Position numbers and translations under genes: made by a program. From positions 1,798,001 to 1,862,000 of the forward strand of contig CM039009.1 in the NCBI GenBank assembly GCA_017499595.2: 64,000 bases of DNA, in the 5' to 3' direction. Source of the stretch: Psilocybe cubensis (lineage: Eukaryota). This document shows, piece after piece, positions 48,717-60,903 of this stretch. Position 1 is the stretch's first letter. Each line of letters begins with the position of its first letter. The notes under the pieces are model-generated. The model saw only the letters and a list, made by a program, of their open reading frames with translations, was not told the DNA's origin and ran no database searches.

Positions 48717-50399
48717 TAACTCTACCTTCCAAGACAACATATATTCACTGTACTATCCTTACGAGTTTCTGCGTAACACTCAGCTAGATTTCACACTGCC
48801 AGAATGTGAGACCGACTTCCTCCACCCAACAATTTTGACCGAAATAAATGAGGCTCGTCATTGTCGAGATATACCCGACATTAATCTCGTTGAACAGGTG
48901 AGATGTTTAATCTCCATCACCTACATATACGACTTTATTGAATGCGCTGTAAAAGACCGTAGTAAATAGCTCACCCGCTAAGATACTCAAGTGGGCGCCA
49001 ATACTCACCAATGCCGACTTTCAATGATTATCCTTCCAGAGGCAACTTATGTTTTTAGATGATGATGTAACTGGGAAGCCTGTTAGGTCCCATAAATATC
49101 AGATGTTTGTTTGTGCATTGCTGTGGTCATATTGGGACGGTAAACACCACGCGGACTCTTATCAGACCTCCTGTTTATAAGGGCACTTACTTTGGTTTGT
49201 TTATTCCCTCTCTTCCCTCTCTTCCTCTCGTGTCAAGGCGCCGGAGTAAGTTTGAGTTGACCCTTGCAACTCGCAATTGGAGTTGTCTGACAGCGCCCAC
49301 AATTTAATTTGGCGATTCTTGTCATCGGCTTCCTCCTTTAGGAACGACCCGGATGACGAGCTGTGAGCAAAATTACTACTAGGAACGCCTGATGCACGGT
49401 GGGATCTTTACTAGTAATTATGAGTTTTTATGTATGCATTTTTACTAGTAATTATGAGTTTTTATGTATGCATTTAAATGGAGAGAACCTGCTTAGCCTT
49501 GGTCTCAGCAGCAGTGTACTTGCACATGAATTAGAATGCTATGGGATATTTTTGTTATGAAGAGATGATCCGTTGCTGGTGGTTCGTAGGTCAAAAAGTT
49601 GTGATCGGCGACTGTGAGCGCGACGGGAAAGGATACTTTACTCGGTTGATAGTGGTGTAGCAGCAGGGAGGAAGAAACCTGAACATAACATATCTGTCGT
49701 GTCTAATGTTCGTCAGACATGATTGATGCACATTGATACGGAGATCACTGCGTGTAGGTTATTCAGTTGTGGCCTACACGAAACCTCGAGGCTGCGATTG
49801 CCTGCATGTATTCGAAAAAGTGGTGTACAGAGAACAGGGCTAGAGACTGGGGTAAAATATTGATTCTCGGGATTCGGGAGTAGAGACTGGATATCTGCCA
49901 GACACAGTGTCGGAGAAGAAAATGGTCTCAAATATCAGAGAGATGTTCTCAAACACAATATTCTGAATAGCAGTTATTTGGACAGATCTTGTTGACCAAT
50001 AGTATGAAGCTCACGAATTTGAAGTCGAACTGTGGAAGAAGGGTTAAGGACTCCAGTACTCAGGAGGGAGGACGGAGTCGAAAACGGCGGAAGCAAAGTT
50101 TTTTGTCATGAATTGAAATTCCCACGGTTTCCAGGGGCTAGAGTATGGCCACGGAGTACACATTGACTACCAACCACCATCAACGATCACAAAACAGACG
50201 TCTGTATTTTCTCTTTTTCTACACCTTCACATCCGTCTTTTTTCTCTTTTCCTTCTTCTCTACTGTCCGAAGAGCCGTGAACCTGGGAACGTGGAAGAGC
50301 AGATCTCTAGTTGGGTGATGACGAGCTGCGACCCAAGAACTACTCAACATTAACCACTATTATCAGAATCCCATCGCCTCTATCCCTACACCGTCCATC

Positions 50400-50898
50400 T
50401 TGACTGCCATTCTGTAGAAGAGTTCAATATCATCATCAGCAGCACATCCACTACGAACACCAACAACTTGAACCAGGACACACGTCCAGTCACAGGAAGC
50501 AACAGCGATCTCGATGGCGAGCCCAGCACCACCATCATCTGCATCTTGCAGGCAACGCGCCTCGCACACCGTCGTGTCGCCAACGGCCCACCACAACAGC
50601 CATCACCACCATCACCAGCTATATTCGAACCAGGGGCACACGTCGTTGCTCCCGGTGCCCCATCACAGCAACAACGCCGATTCTCACGCTGACGGCTAGC
50701 CGAGCGCTGCGCTCACCCAAAATCCTCAATACCCCGACGTGTACGCGCACCCGGCGGCGGTAGCGTACAGCGCCGCCCATCCGAGACGAACCATCCCCAA
50801 GTTTGGGCTCGGAAAGGTTAAACCCGGGTTGCACAGCCAGTGGGGAAAAGAGGTTGCTGTAAAGTTGATTCGCAGAGGGAATATTGAAGTCTTGAAGG
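50400..50898 (+). pseudogene. Kin4-like (CAMK group) Ser/Thr kinase N-terminal fragment
   Basis: PRRTIPKFG, then GKVKPGLHSQWGKEVAVKLIRRGNI and EVLK; the glycine-rich loop and alphaC segment are deleted and the rest of the kinase is absent. Confidence 0.65.
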
Positions 50899-52949
50899 TA
50901 TGTTTTATTTTCTGTACTTTTTATTTCGATCGGCGTTCTCGCTACGGCGAAACTGGCTGGGTAGTAAAATTTGATTCTGTGTTCTACCGGCTGTATCTAT
51001 TTTGCCTCCATGAACTTATTGTCCGGAAATTTGGATATCTGTGACCCTTGAACGAATTCAACCCAAGGCCATCTTTTCTCACACGAGATGAAGACGTGCT
51101 CAACTGAAGGGCTGAAGGGATCACACTCGCTCAAATAAATCACGATTAGGACTTAAAGTATACAGGGGTACGAGGTGCGGGAAGTATCATATGGATGAAA
51201 TTACAATCCGATTACCAAGTCGAGTAAAGGTGCACGATGACAGAGGTGTAGTGGAGTAGAGGCTAGATAGGGTCAGGATGGATGTAATAGGGCGGATTTA
51301 TGAATATATGGTAATAAGGTGTGTGCTAATCCATCCCTCCCCTCTTTCTATGCCCAGCGTCATTCCTATCACCCCAACACCCTTGCTGAGCATCCGCACC
51401 CACCACCATGATGGGGACGACAGTGTCAGAGTCAACACTCGCATTCCTAACCTCGAGGTCTGCATGATATTAACCAGAGCTTTTTGCCGCCTCACAGACA
51501 GCCTTATGTGTGTCCCATCAGTTTATGAAGTTTACTGAATAGGCGTTTACAGTTGATCAAGCACACGCAAGATCGCATTGGGAATACTTCTATCCCTATT
51601 AACCCAGACCGTGTTGTTGCAATGCAATCATCCCGATAATACAGGCCAAAATTCTCCAGAGGTCAATCATTTTGGTCCAATTTCCTGACTGCGGTCTCAA
51701 TATATCACACATCAATTCATGATCAAGCTTCTTTTATGATCAAATCGGTGTATCCAAATCTCAATTTCCTTTTCAAAAGCCACGGAAAGCCGCCCGCGTC
51801 CTCTCACACTTGTGTACATCGGCGAAACACGAAAAACCGACGCGTAGAACGACGAAGAGGTCCACGGGATTGCGAGAGGCACACGGCAAAACCACCTACA
51901 CAGCGCACCTCCCTGGCTGCCCATCACGCGCTCGTTCAACTTGGATCGCGTGTCCAGTCGGTCTCTGCGGGAGAGGGTCAAGTTTGGGGGCGGGAGTCGT
52001 GCACGACGCGAAGAAATGGTGGTGGTGGTGATGAGCGCGTCAGGCGACGTCGACCTGGTGTGATGTTCAGGGGTGCGTCAGTTATCACCGTCTCTTCAAA
52101 AGACACCAACACTCACCTTGATAGTTTCCAAACCCTTCCCTTCGTTCTCCCCCCTCCCTCCTCTGCTCGTCGTCGTGCTCTGCAGCGAAGAAAGGTGAGG
52201 AACGCGCACTTACCTGGCAGCACCAAACAACACCACACAGCGCCACAATGGTGGATAGGGGTCACTGCTTGCACTCACCGTTGGCTTGCAGACAGCGTCG
52301 CCGTCGTTGACCCGGCACTAGGTGGAATAGGGTGAGTATGTTCAGGTCAATGAATGCATTTGAGCCTCGTGCATGCTTGAGGATGGGATCGATTGCTAAT
52401 TAGAGTGAAATGATTGCGGTGTCGCGCATATGCCGATTCGACGCACCATGATGCATGATGCATGAGGCCTTTAACTCTCGCGCCGCCCAAAGCCAACACC
52501 GTTGTGTTTGTTGTGCAGCCGAAGACGTTTAATCTCCGCTCAAAATTCGATGACGTCAGCGCCATTTCTCCCATAATCTTAGTATGTGAGTAGAGCTTCG
52601 CGCACCATTAGAGTACCTCTAGATTCATTACAACGATTTTTAGTTTTAGAGGAGAACAGTGTGTAATCATGTTTGCACTTGATAACTACAACAAAGTGAC
52701 GGAGCATACAGCTTTCAGGTAATCGGTTCAGTGCCCGATGTAGTACATATCACGGTAATCGCGGCGAAGCTTCCTTTCTACACAAGAGAATGTATTCGCA
52801 TAGCTAAGTTTGAAGGCACACGACGCCCAAGTCTGTATTCAGGTGATTAAACTGACAGGTTTGTCTCTTTGAGCCCCAGAATACCAGGCTGATATGTCCT
52901 TTGGTCCGAGCTTTTTTACCCGATGAAATGACCTACGATTCAGTTGTGA

Positions 52950-54670
52950 CCAGCGCTTCTGCAATTCATTTTACCGGCGCTTCACACCTGATAAACTATT
53001 ATTCGTTCAGAGTTAACGAATTATGCGAAAATGGATTTTCTACTCTAGGTTCAATCTTTGTCCCAATATCACTCTATCACATCAGTTCCCTTAATGTCGG
53101 CAAAACATTCCAGCCAGCTTGCTCCCGTAGCAAAGAAATGCACTATATCAATTGATTAGTCGGTGCAACGCTCAATAAAAGATACTTACGTCGTATATGA
53201 TTGGCTTCCAAGAAGGAACAGCTAGAAGAAAGACCAACAAAACAACGGCACCAACCTCCACCCTTGTTGGAGGTACGTATTCTATGGCTCTTTCTGATGA
53301 TACTTCAAGGGTCCTGTGATCCTTCAGCGAAGCAGTTATTCTCTCCCAAAGGTAAATTTTCCCTCCGGATGTGCCAGAAATCAGGAAAGAGGAGCTACCA
53401 ATGGATTGTGCCACAGCAACTGTCTGTGTCATTTCGCTCTCTAAGATTTTGTGTGGTCATAGGAAAGTAAGTAAAGTAATGAGCTGTGATCGCGTTGGCA
53501 TACCTATTTCTCCAGTACCCAGCGACGCTACTACGTCATTTGTTGATATTTCGACCACATACATTCTGTTTGTGTCACTGCCGCACACGGCGTATTTATC
53601 GTTGTCCATGAATCGACACTGCTTGATGAAAGTTCGCGATGAGATAATGGGTAGAGTCTTTATGAGCACCGTGGGTGCCAGTCGATAGAGTTCGGATGTT
53701 CCGTCCGAAAGATTGTAGGCAAGTAAAAGTGACCTGTCGTCGGATACAGAGGCACTTCCGCTATAGACGCATCAATAATTCAATCACGCTATCATAAAAT
53801 ACATAGCTTACATTGCGCCTGTCAAACTTCTTCTCCAAACGACGTTGCCGCTGGATACATCCCAACAGACACTGAATATAAAAACTGGGTCAATATTGAA
53901 TATTTGAACATTAAAACAGACGTACACTTCCGATGTGTGAAGTGCAAACGTAAGAAGGAATTGGTTTTCGGATCCCCAGAAAGATAGTCCTCCTGGAGCA
54001 CTACGTCGATAATCAGCCATCCAGAGACAGCGCACTAGTGCTACAGTGGCCTATCAGCGAGGAGAGAGCGCGTGGAACGAATATATATACATTTATCGAC
54101 GGTATACACCCTCAAGTCACCAGATTGACTCGCAACTGCAATTCGGGAGTGGATTGGGTCGTAAGCATGAAATTCCACAGGATCGTTGTATTGAAAGACG
54201 GTTGATGTGGTCATTTCAGAGACATTCAATGGCTTTGGAGAAATATAGTTCAGTGATTATGTGATGTGTAAGATCACTGCAACGTACGTAACGATTACCA
54301 GTATTCCACGGAACAAAAGAGAGATTCCCTCGAGCAGAACCAACGCAAAGTAATGCTGTACCTGATGTACATTCAACAGAGGTGTCGGGGTATAGCAAGG
54401 ACAACGTTGTGACCTGTCCCCAACTATCATTCTCAATAGTCTGAAGACATAGCAACGTTGTCGTGCTCCACACTCGGACCTTTCTATCGTCGCCTGTTCT
54501 TATGTATAAATGCTAATTGACCGTGACATCCAAGACTTGAAGGCGTACCTCCAGATAACAAATATTTCCCCCCTTTGCTGAATATTAACGAGTTAATTGC
54601 CAATGAGCTGTTTATGTCCAATTTCCCTTTGAGAGAAAACTCGAAGTTTGTTATCTGAGAGACTCATCAT
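52950..54670 (-). CDS. WD40-repeat protein with a C-terminal hydrophobic segment (multi-exon, ends approximate)
   Basis: D+RVRVWST, LLCVGSARG, IAVASQSGDLRVY, YAVCGSD and LISGTSGGKIYLWE repeats, then VGAVVLLVFLLAV. Confidence 0.7.
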
Positions 54671-55197
54671 AAGTAAGTTGGTGGTTGACAGTTTAAATGA
54701 CAACAAATTAGCAATAGCTCTTACATTCGATTTGTGCATGATGCTTTGTGTTCGATATTGAATACGATTTATGGTCCAGTAATATATACTCTCAGTTGGA
54801 ATACCAGGGACAAGGTACCCTCGAAGACTGATAAAAAGGGTTTATAAACCTCTTTCTCAAATGGACCATATATCCATTGTCCGCCATAAATAGAAATTTC
54901 TTGGCGCCCAGGTAGAGTGTGTTGTTCAACAAAGTCGTCAGCGGCAGAAAAAGGAAGGTTGGTTGGTTGCTGAGGGAAGACGTAAGTACTACCCGAGATT
55001 GAGTTCTAATTAAGTGGCTTGATTTTTTGAGCCTTTTCAGCTACTTCCGGCGTTGATGATATGCGACTTAACAACCGTTGACACTGGAATTTCAATCCTT
55101 CTAAATGTTGCCAGCATTTTTCTAGTTCTTTTCGGAATTGGGAATATATAAATATTACAGGATCGAGCAACATGCGTACCAACTTGAAGTTATCAAA

Positions 55198-56170
55198 ATG
55201 AGCCCTCGTTTTTATGTCCAGCCTCTTCTCCCTGTTATCATGGCGCGCTTCGAGTTCGAGGTTTCTCCACCTCCCAAGCTTCCTGTGATTCTTATGAGGA
55301 TTAATTTCGATCACGCCAGCCACCTTGAATCAAATAGTGCTAATAGTGGTAACCATGCTGATGACTCTTCAGAGTCCAGCTCATCCTCTTTACTTACAGA
55401 CGAAGAAAGTATACGTATGTTCTACTATCCGTGATGCTTCTGCCTTGTCTTGACAAAGTTGATTTTCAGACCCAGAAACTCCGGAAGAGTCGGGAGCTTT
55501 GGAAGTTCAGGTCCAGCAGGAAGAACCCGTGGTTAATCCTGTTGGGCCAAGTGAGCAGCTTCAACAACGCCCCACTCAGGAGCTTCAACAACGCCCCACT
55601 CAGGAACCAAGAGTTCCTTCTCCCGCCATATCCGTTGTTGATCAAACACAGGGATTGAGGATTCGCGAATGGGTGGGTCAGAGATCCCAGAATAATGGTA
55701 CACCATCCAGCGACGTTCGAAAAATTCCCAAGCCACCTGGCGAGCCAAGTCGTCGTGCAAACGGGTACCCCTTTAAAGAAACCCTATTGTCTCATGGGTG
55801 GCTTGAAAGTGATATAACAGCATTCAGGGTTAGACAAATATGGTCATCCGACCAGTTACATTATATACTTAATGATGGCTGATACCAAACATCAACAGGA
55901 ACGTGTGAAAATTTTAGTCAAGGACACGCTTAGTGTAAAGCTCCCTTACAGCAGTCAGAAGAAAAATGTAGAAAAGATTTGTGCCGAGGTTTGTCTATTG
56001 AGATTTATCACTTTATTCTACTCTCAATGGAATGGTTTGTGACAGGTCCTTAGAGACCAAAGGTGGAGTGAACTCCTCCAAAACTACGAGAATAACTGGC
56101 CCCTTTATAGTGCAGTTAAAGTTGCGCTCAAGTCTGAACGTGATAAAGCCGACAAAGCGTTGGCTTAGGG
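55198..56170 (+). CDS. Uncharacterised multi-exon protein with a KIPKPPGEP...GY...W...NWP C-terminal domain
   Basis: Spliced reading KIPKPPGEPSRRANGYPFKETLLSHGW...YENNWPL; internal 21-bp duplication encoding QQRPTQE twice. Ends approximate. Confidence 0.55.
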
Positions 56171-56648
56171 TAGCGAGCACGATGTCATAGTTCGTGGAGA
56201 TGACATAGTATGACAACAAAGGCAATTGACGCGTAGGTAGTATATGTTCATAGCCACCGAATGTCAACCTGTAAAAGTGATTCAAAGTTGCAACCAAGGG
56301 GGTACCGATCTTCAAAAATCGGACACGACGTTGGTTTTTTTTTTTTGAGGGCAATTTGTCCAACCTACCTCCGTACCCCCTTGGTTGCAACTTGACTGTG
56401 ACGTGCTTAATGTGACGTACCTGATGCGTTAATACCTGATGCTTTATGCCAAATTGAGCACAATAACTCCAGGTCCAACCCCGTCAGGGGTGGAACCATA
56501 GCGAATTGGCCTGCATGTTAACGTCCAGATCATTGGACCATTTGAGCATACTGTAGTCGGAAAGATAACGGCCCTTCCTTTAAAAGTCAAATGAAAAAGT
56601 TTATACCAACATCCCATAAACTCTCAGCCTTTCAAGAACAATCCCAAA

Positions 56649-57902
56649 ATGAAAAATGCACCGTTCCAGGTTCTTGCCGATGCAATTGAACGCCAGGGCC
56701 ACCGGTTCCTCTACCAAGTAAACCCCGCGCTCACTCTGAATCCACCTCTCAGTCCTGTGTTGAAATCCTTTCTCATTGTTGGTATTGTTGCACCTGCCTC
56801 CATGGGTACCGCATTACATGATATTGGGGATGCTGATATCGCGGTAAGTACAATTTCATAGACCCCATTATATGAAATTTGATTGATGTTGGATCCCAGA
56901 ATGCTCCTCTGTGTGACGGTACTCCCATTGACGGTGTATTGACGTTAATGAGACCGCTAGAGAAGGACCCATTTTATGATGACATATGGGACGCTCAGAT
57001 TAATAAACTTTGCTTGTACCAATCTACAATGAATGCCAGGTATAGGCCTAAAACGGATAACGTAAGGATACTGTGACGAAAGTTATTGTGGTCTAGATTT
57101 CCTAAATCGTCTATAGGGATCCTACTTTCAATTTCCATTGTTAAAGCCTCACAGCACACAAACAGTCATTGATATCAAGTTCCCCAAAATTAGGGTACAT
57201 TTTCTCTCTCATTTATAGCCTTAAGCTGACGCATTTCATCGATTAGCCAAGGGAAAGAGATGACGGAATTGTTACGTGGCGAGACATAAGCCAAGGTATG
57301 TCTGTTTCTTGTATAATATGGTTACATATTACTATATCTAATATGCATCAGTTGTACCCGGGGCTACTTACCACCCCAGTATCATGGATCATGCATCGCA
57401 TCCTGTCTTCAATTACAGAAAGGATGTCCTCCTTCAACCCAACATATATGACAGCTACGGTCACATGGTGCCCCCTTGGCTGTTGCAGAGTGAACTTCGC
57501 CCACACACCATGGTTTTAGCTGATGTATATCCAACTGTCACAGACTCGGTGATTATATCGGACACTGGGACACCTAGATCATGTCGGGTATGTAAGCAAC
57601 TACATATGTGGTACGCATTCATATCTCATGAATATCATTTACAGACCTTTGAGATCTGGGCGAAAAACGTAAAAGTCCTCCAGCGGGGGACTTTGCCAAT
57701 GGAGAAAAATTTTCTACCATCGTACGGTGCAATTGAACGAGTTTCGTACCGGCCCAGGGAAGTCAGACTCAAAACAAAACGAGTAGCAAGAATGAGCACT
57801 GGTGGAAAGCCTCCCAGAAGGAGAAAGAGTGCTCAAAGTGGGATTCGTGAGGGTGATCTAACATCAAACTCAAAAGAAGTAGATAGAAGTAGGTTGGACT
57901 AA
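56649..57902 (+). CDS. Uncharacterised multi-exon protein (paralogue of 8762-9961) with a C-terminal histone H3-tail-like motif
   Basis: LIVGIVAPASMGTALHDIG, IWDAQI, LLQPNIYDSYGHMVPPWLLQSELRP, FEIWAKNVKVLQRG, then KTKRVARMSTGGKPPRR. Confidence 0.75.
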
Positions 57903-58099
57903 CACACCGAATACGCGTAGCTTATTTAAAGGAAATAATTCTAGTAAAACCGAGACTGAGAACCGAGACTGAGTAAAAAAAAAATTCTGTGTGCTACGGG
58001 GGACAGAAGCTATGGAATTTGAGCATACATTACTCATGTATTTTATATTTACTCACTTGGGGACACAATTTTGGAATTGAACTCGACAGGTCAAGCTAC

Positions 58100-58590
58100 A
58101 CCTCTTCTGACACCAATCTTCTCCGCGCTCTGCAGAATCTAGGGTGTCACCCCCACTGACGCACCGGGGACGATACCTCCCTCTTCAGTAATGGCGGTCG
58201 CTTCGACGATGGCCCAGTCCAGAGGCTTGGATGGGTCCCCGTGATTGCGGCGGAGGGAGTAGTAGCCGTATGTGAGATCTTGTGGAAACACTATTGGTTC
58301 ATTGGGAATGGAAGTGAGTGGGGTGTCGGAGAAAGGAGGTACAAAGAAAAGACGCACTGAACAAGTGTTTATCTGCAAACACAATCCTTCCTGCATTGAT
58401 TCCCTTTGCTATGTCTTTTCCGACCTGATGGGGGTACCGCCACGCGATCCTAAACGTGTAGTCGTGAAGTAAATGTGAGATGAAGCGTACATATCGAGTC
58501 TCGCCCATCTGTCCTCCACTTAGGGCCAACACTGGATCCTACGAAAAGGTTGAACTTTTTCTTTGCGCTGTCGACTGCGAGCAACTGGTT
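58100..58590 (-). pseudogene. ACH1: Acetyl-CoA hydrolase/CoA-transferase fragment
   Basis: [42 protein letters not shown] and [31 protein letters not shown]; in-frame stop, both ends missing. Confidence 0.85.
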
Positions 58591-60903
58591 GTGGAATTTT
58601 TTGATTGCGTTTTTCACGCCTTTCATTACCTCCGCAATTAATTTTAGATATGGGTTCGTCTTTGCGGGTAAGATACCCATTCACGTTGTATAGAAATCGT
58701 TCCGCGATATAACTGAATTCTCTTTGTCCAGCATGTAACCTCACTGGAGCTGTGATTGTGTTTTTCTTCTTGTACGAGAGTTCGGACCTTTCGCTAGAGA
58801 GTGTCGATAACGTACGTGTTGTTTTTCGAATCGAATTCAAATCTAATATCCCATTGACCCGACTTCGGCTGACCACACATTCTTAGATGTACAATGAGCC
58901 ACATTTCAAGCCTTGGACATCCAGCTCCTGGGCTCCTGCTGGTTACTCATCACGCTACGACCTTGTCGAACAAACAAAGGCGGCCCAGGCACGCAAGCCG
59001 CTCGCGAGTGGTGCCATTGAAGAGAAGCAAATCGAGCACGCCGGACAGCCGAATGGCGTCAATGGACAGGCGGTCCCTGGGTATACGGCTGCCCCCGGTG
59101 TTGGAGCAGGATTCGGAGGCGACGCGGGTGCGGGAGGTCTCCAAGCTCCTCAAACGATGATGAACATGCCTAACTTGATCTCCAAGGCACTCAGGGTTAC
59201 AGACGGGCTTCGAGTCGCGTTCCACCGCCACCCAGCGATAGCTATACACTGCCTCCTGAAAGTGGGTTCGGGTTCGCGACTGGGGCTGCTGTGAAACCCG
59301 GTCCTGGGGGACGTGAGATTACCGTGGACATGGACCCCAGCAGGGGTCTGCAGGGCGGAGTTGGTCTGACCAAGGAAGGCCCTCCGGGAGGTATCGGAAT
59401 GTCGGAAGCTGATGGACACGGAAACAAGGGCAACAGGTTGGAAGCGGGAGACTTGGGGAGGGTGCTGTGAGTTATCATGACCCTGTTTCCTCTCTGCACT
59501 TACATTATTCCACCCATGCTATATATTGGATTATTATAACAGACGACATGATGTCATGATTTCTCCTACATATCATAGTTGTATGATAGCTCGGTGTATT
59601 ATTTTATTATACGGCTTGCGGGATTCAGAGACTGGTCCCTCAAAATTGATGGTTTTGCGTTCCGTTATCTTATGTGTGGACGTCAGTTTAATTATTCATG
59701 GTTTTACCTTAACTCCTACCGCCAGTATGCAGGGGTGACGCGCGTCCATTGTCAGTCGTGTAGTCGTGTATATATCATATAAGTCTCGTGCTGGGAATTT
59801 TTTTTTTCCGAAAAAAAAATAGCAATCGGCGTAGCATTGCCGACCTTCAGGGACAGGGGCTGTTAAGGGCCAGTTATCGACGCTTCCGAGGTGGTTCATG
59901 TCTAAGCTCATGGCCGATGTACTGTGATTGGGTACCATAGGGCTACAATTCTCGATCAACGTGTACAAGCGAACATGCCTCACCTTTGGTCTTCACCTTT
60001 GGTCTGCATTGCCTTCATACACCCCTGTGCTTCAATGCAAGTCTTTATGTGACGTCGAGGTTGGGGGGAGCTGCACATTGCGCAGACGTGGTGTTACGCA
60101 CATCGTAGATTGAAAAAATATGTGAGAGTTCTGGCAGTTAGGTCGAACCCGGACTTGTTGGGTGGAGTACGGGGTTACAACTGACGATCGTGGTGCGGTG
60201 GGAGTCGAGACTTAAAAGCGAAACAGAAACAAGTCGAAAGAAAAAGGGAAAGCGATGGCATGAGCCCTCCGCAGAGCTACTTATAACATTGACCGCCATG
60301 AACCGAATGCCAACCAGCGTTCGAGATTCGAGGAATAGACTTAACCCCGGATCTGGTTGAAGGGGCGCGTTGGTACCAATTGATGCAGTGGGCGGTGTCG
60401 GAGTTTGAAATGCTTGTTCTGCTGCTCACGTATCTTCCGACTTCGTCACTTTTAGTGACGATCCGACCCTCGCACTCACAGAACTGCAATATTTTCTGAC
60501 TTTGTTCACACTGTATTCTCTATTCTCAAAATCACTGCATAGTGTCGTGTTCGGGTTACCCGCAACCGATCAACCGGCTCAATTATAAATTTCCTTTTAC
60601 GACTTCAGTCATTGTGTCATCCATAAATATCTTTTGACTGTAAGTATCACATTCATTGTGTTTTGATTTCCTTTTAGGCTGCCAGATTGTTGTGAGATAC
60701 AAGCAAAAGTGACAGTGTTGAGCTTTGTAGTAGTATCCATGGTTTCGATTTCCTTTTAGGCTGCCTGATTGTGGTGAAATACAAGCAAAACTGAGAGTGT
60801 TCAAAGGTTTTAAGGCCTACCATTTTCTCCGGCGACACAAAAGACCTCAAACCGCGTGGACTTTCAACGGCAGAAAACTCGTCTTTTTTATCTGATTCGC
60901 CAT

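Noticed and set aside
57771-57821. Histone H3 gene or pseudogene
   Set aside because: No histone fold follows; the motif is an in-frame tail of an unrelated protein.
33092-57973. Short two-copy tandem duplications (~33092, ~45798, ~49407, ~57950)
   Set aside because: Ordinary slippage duplications with no further structure.
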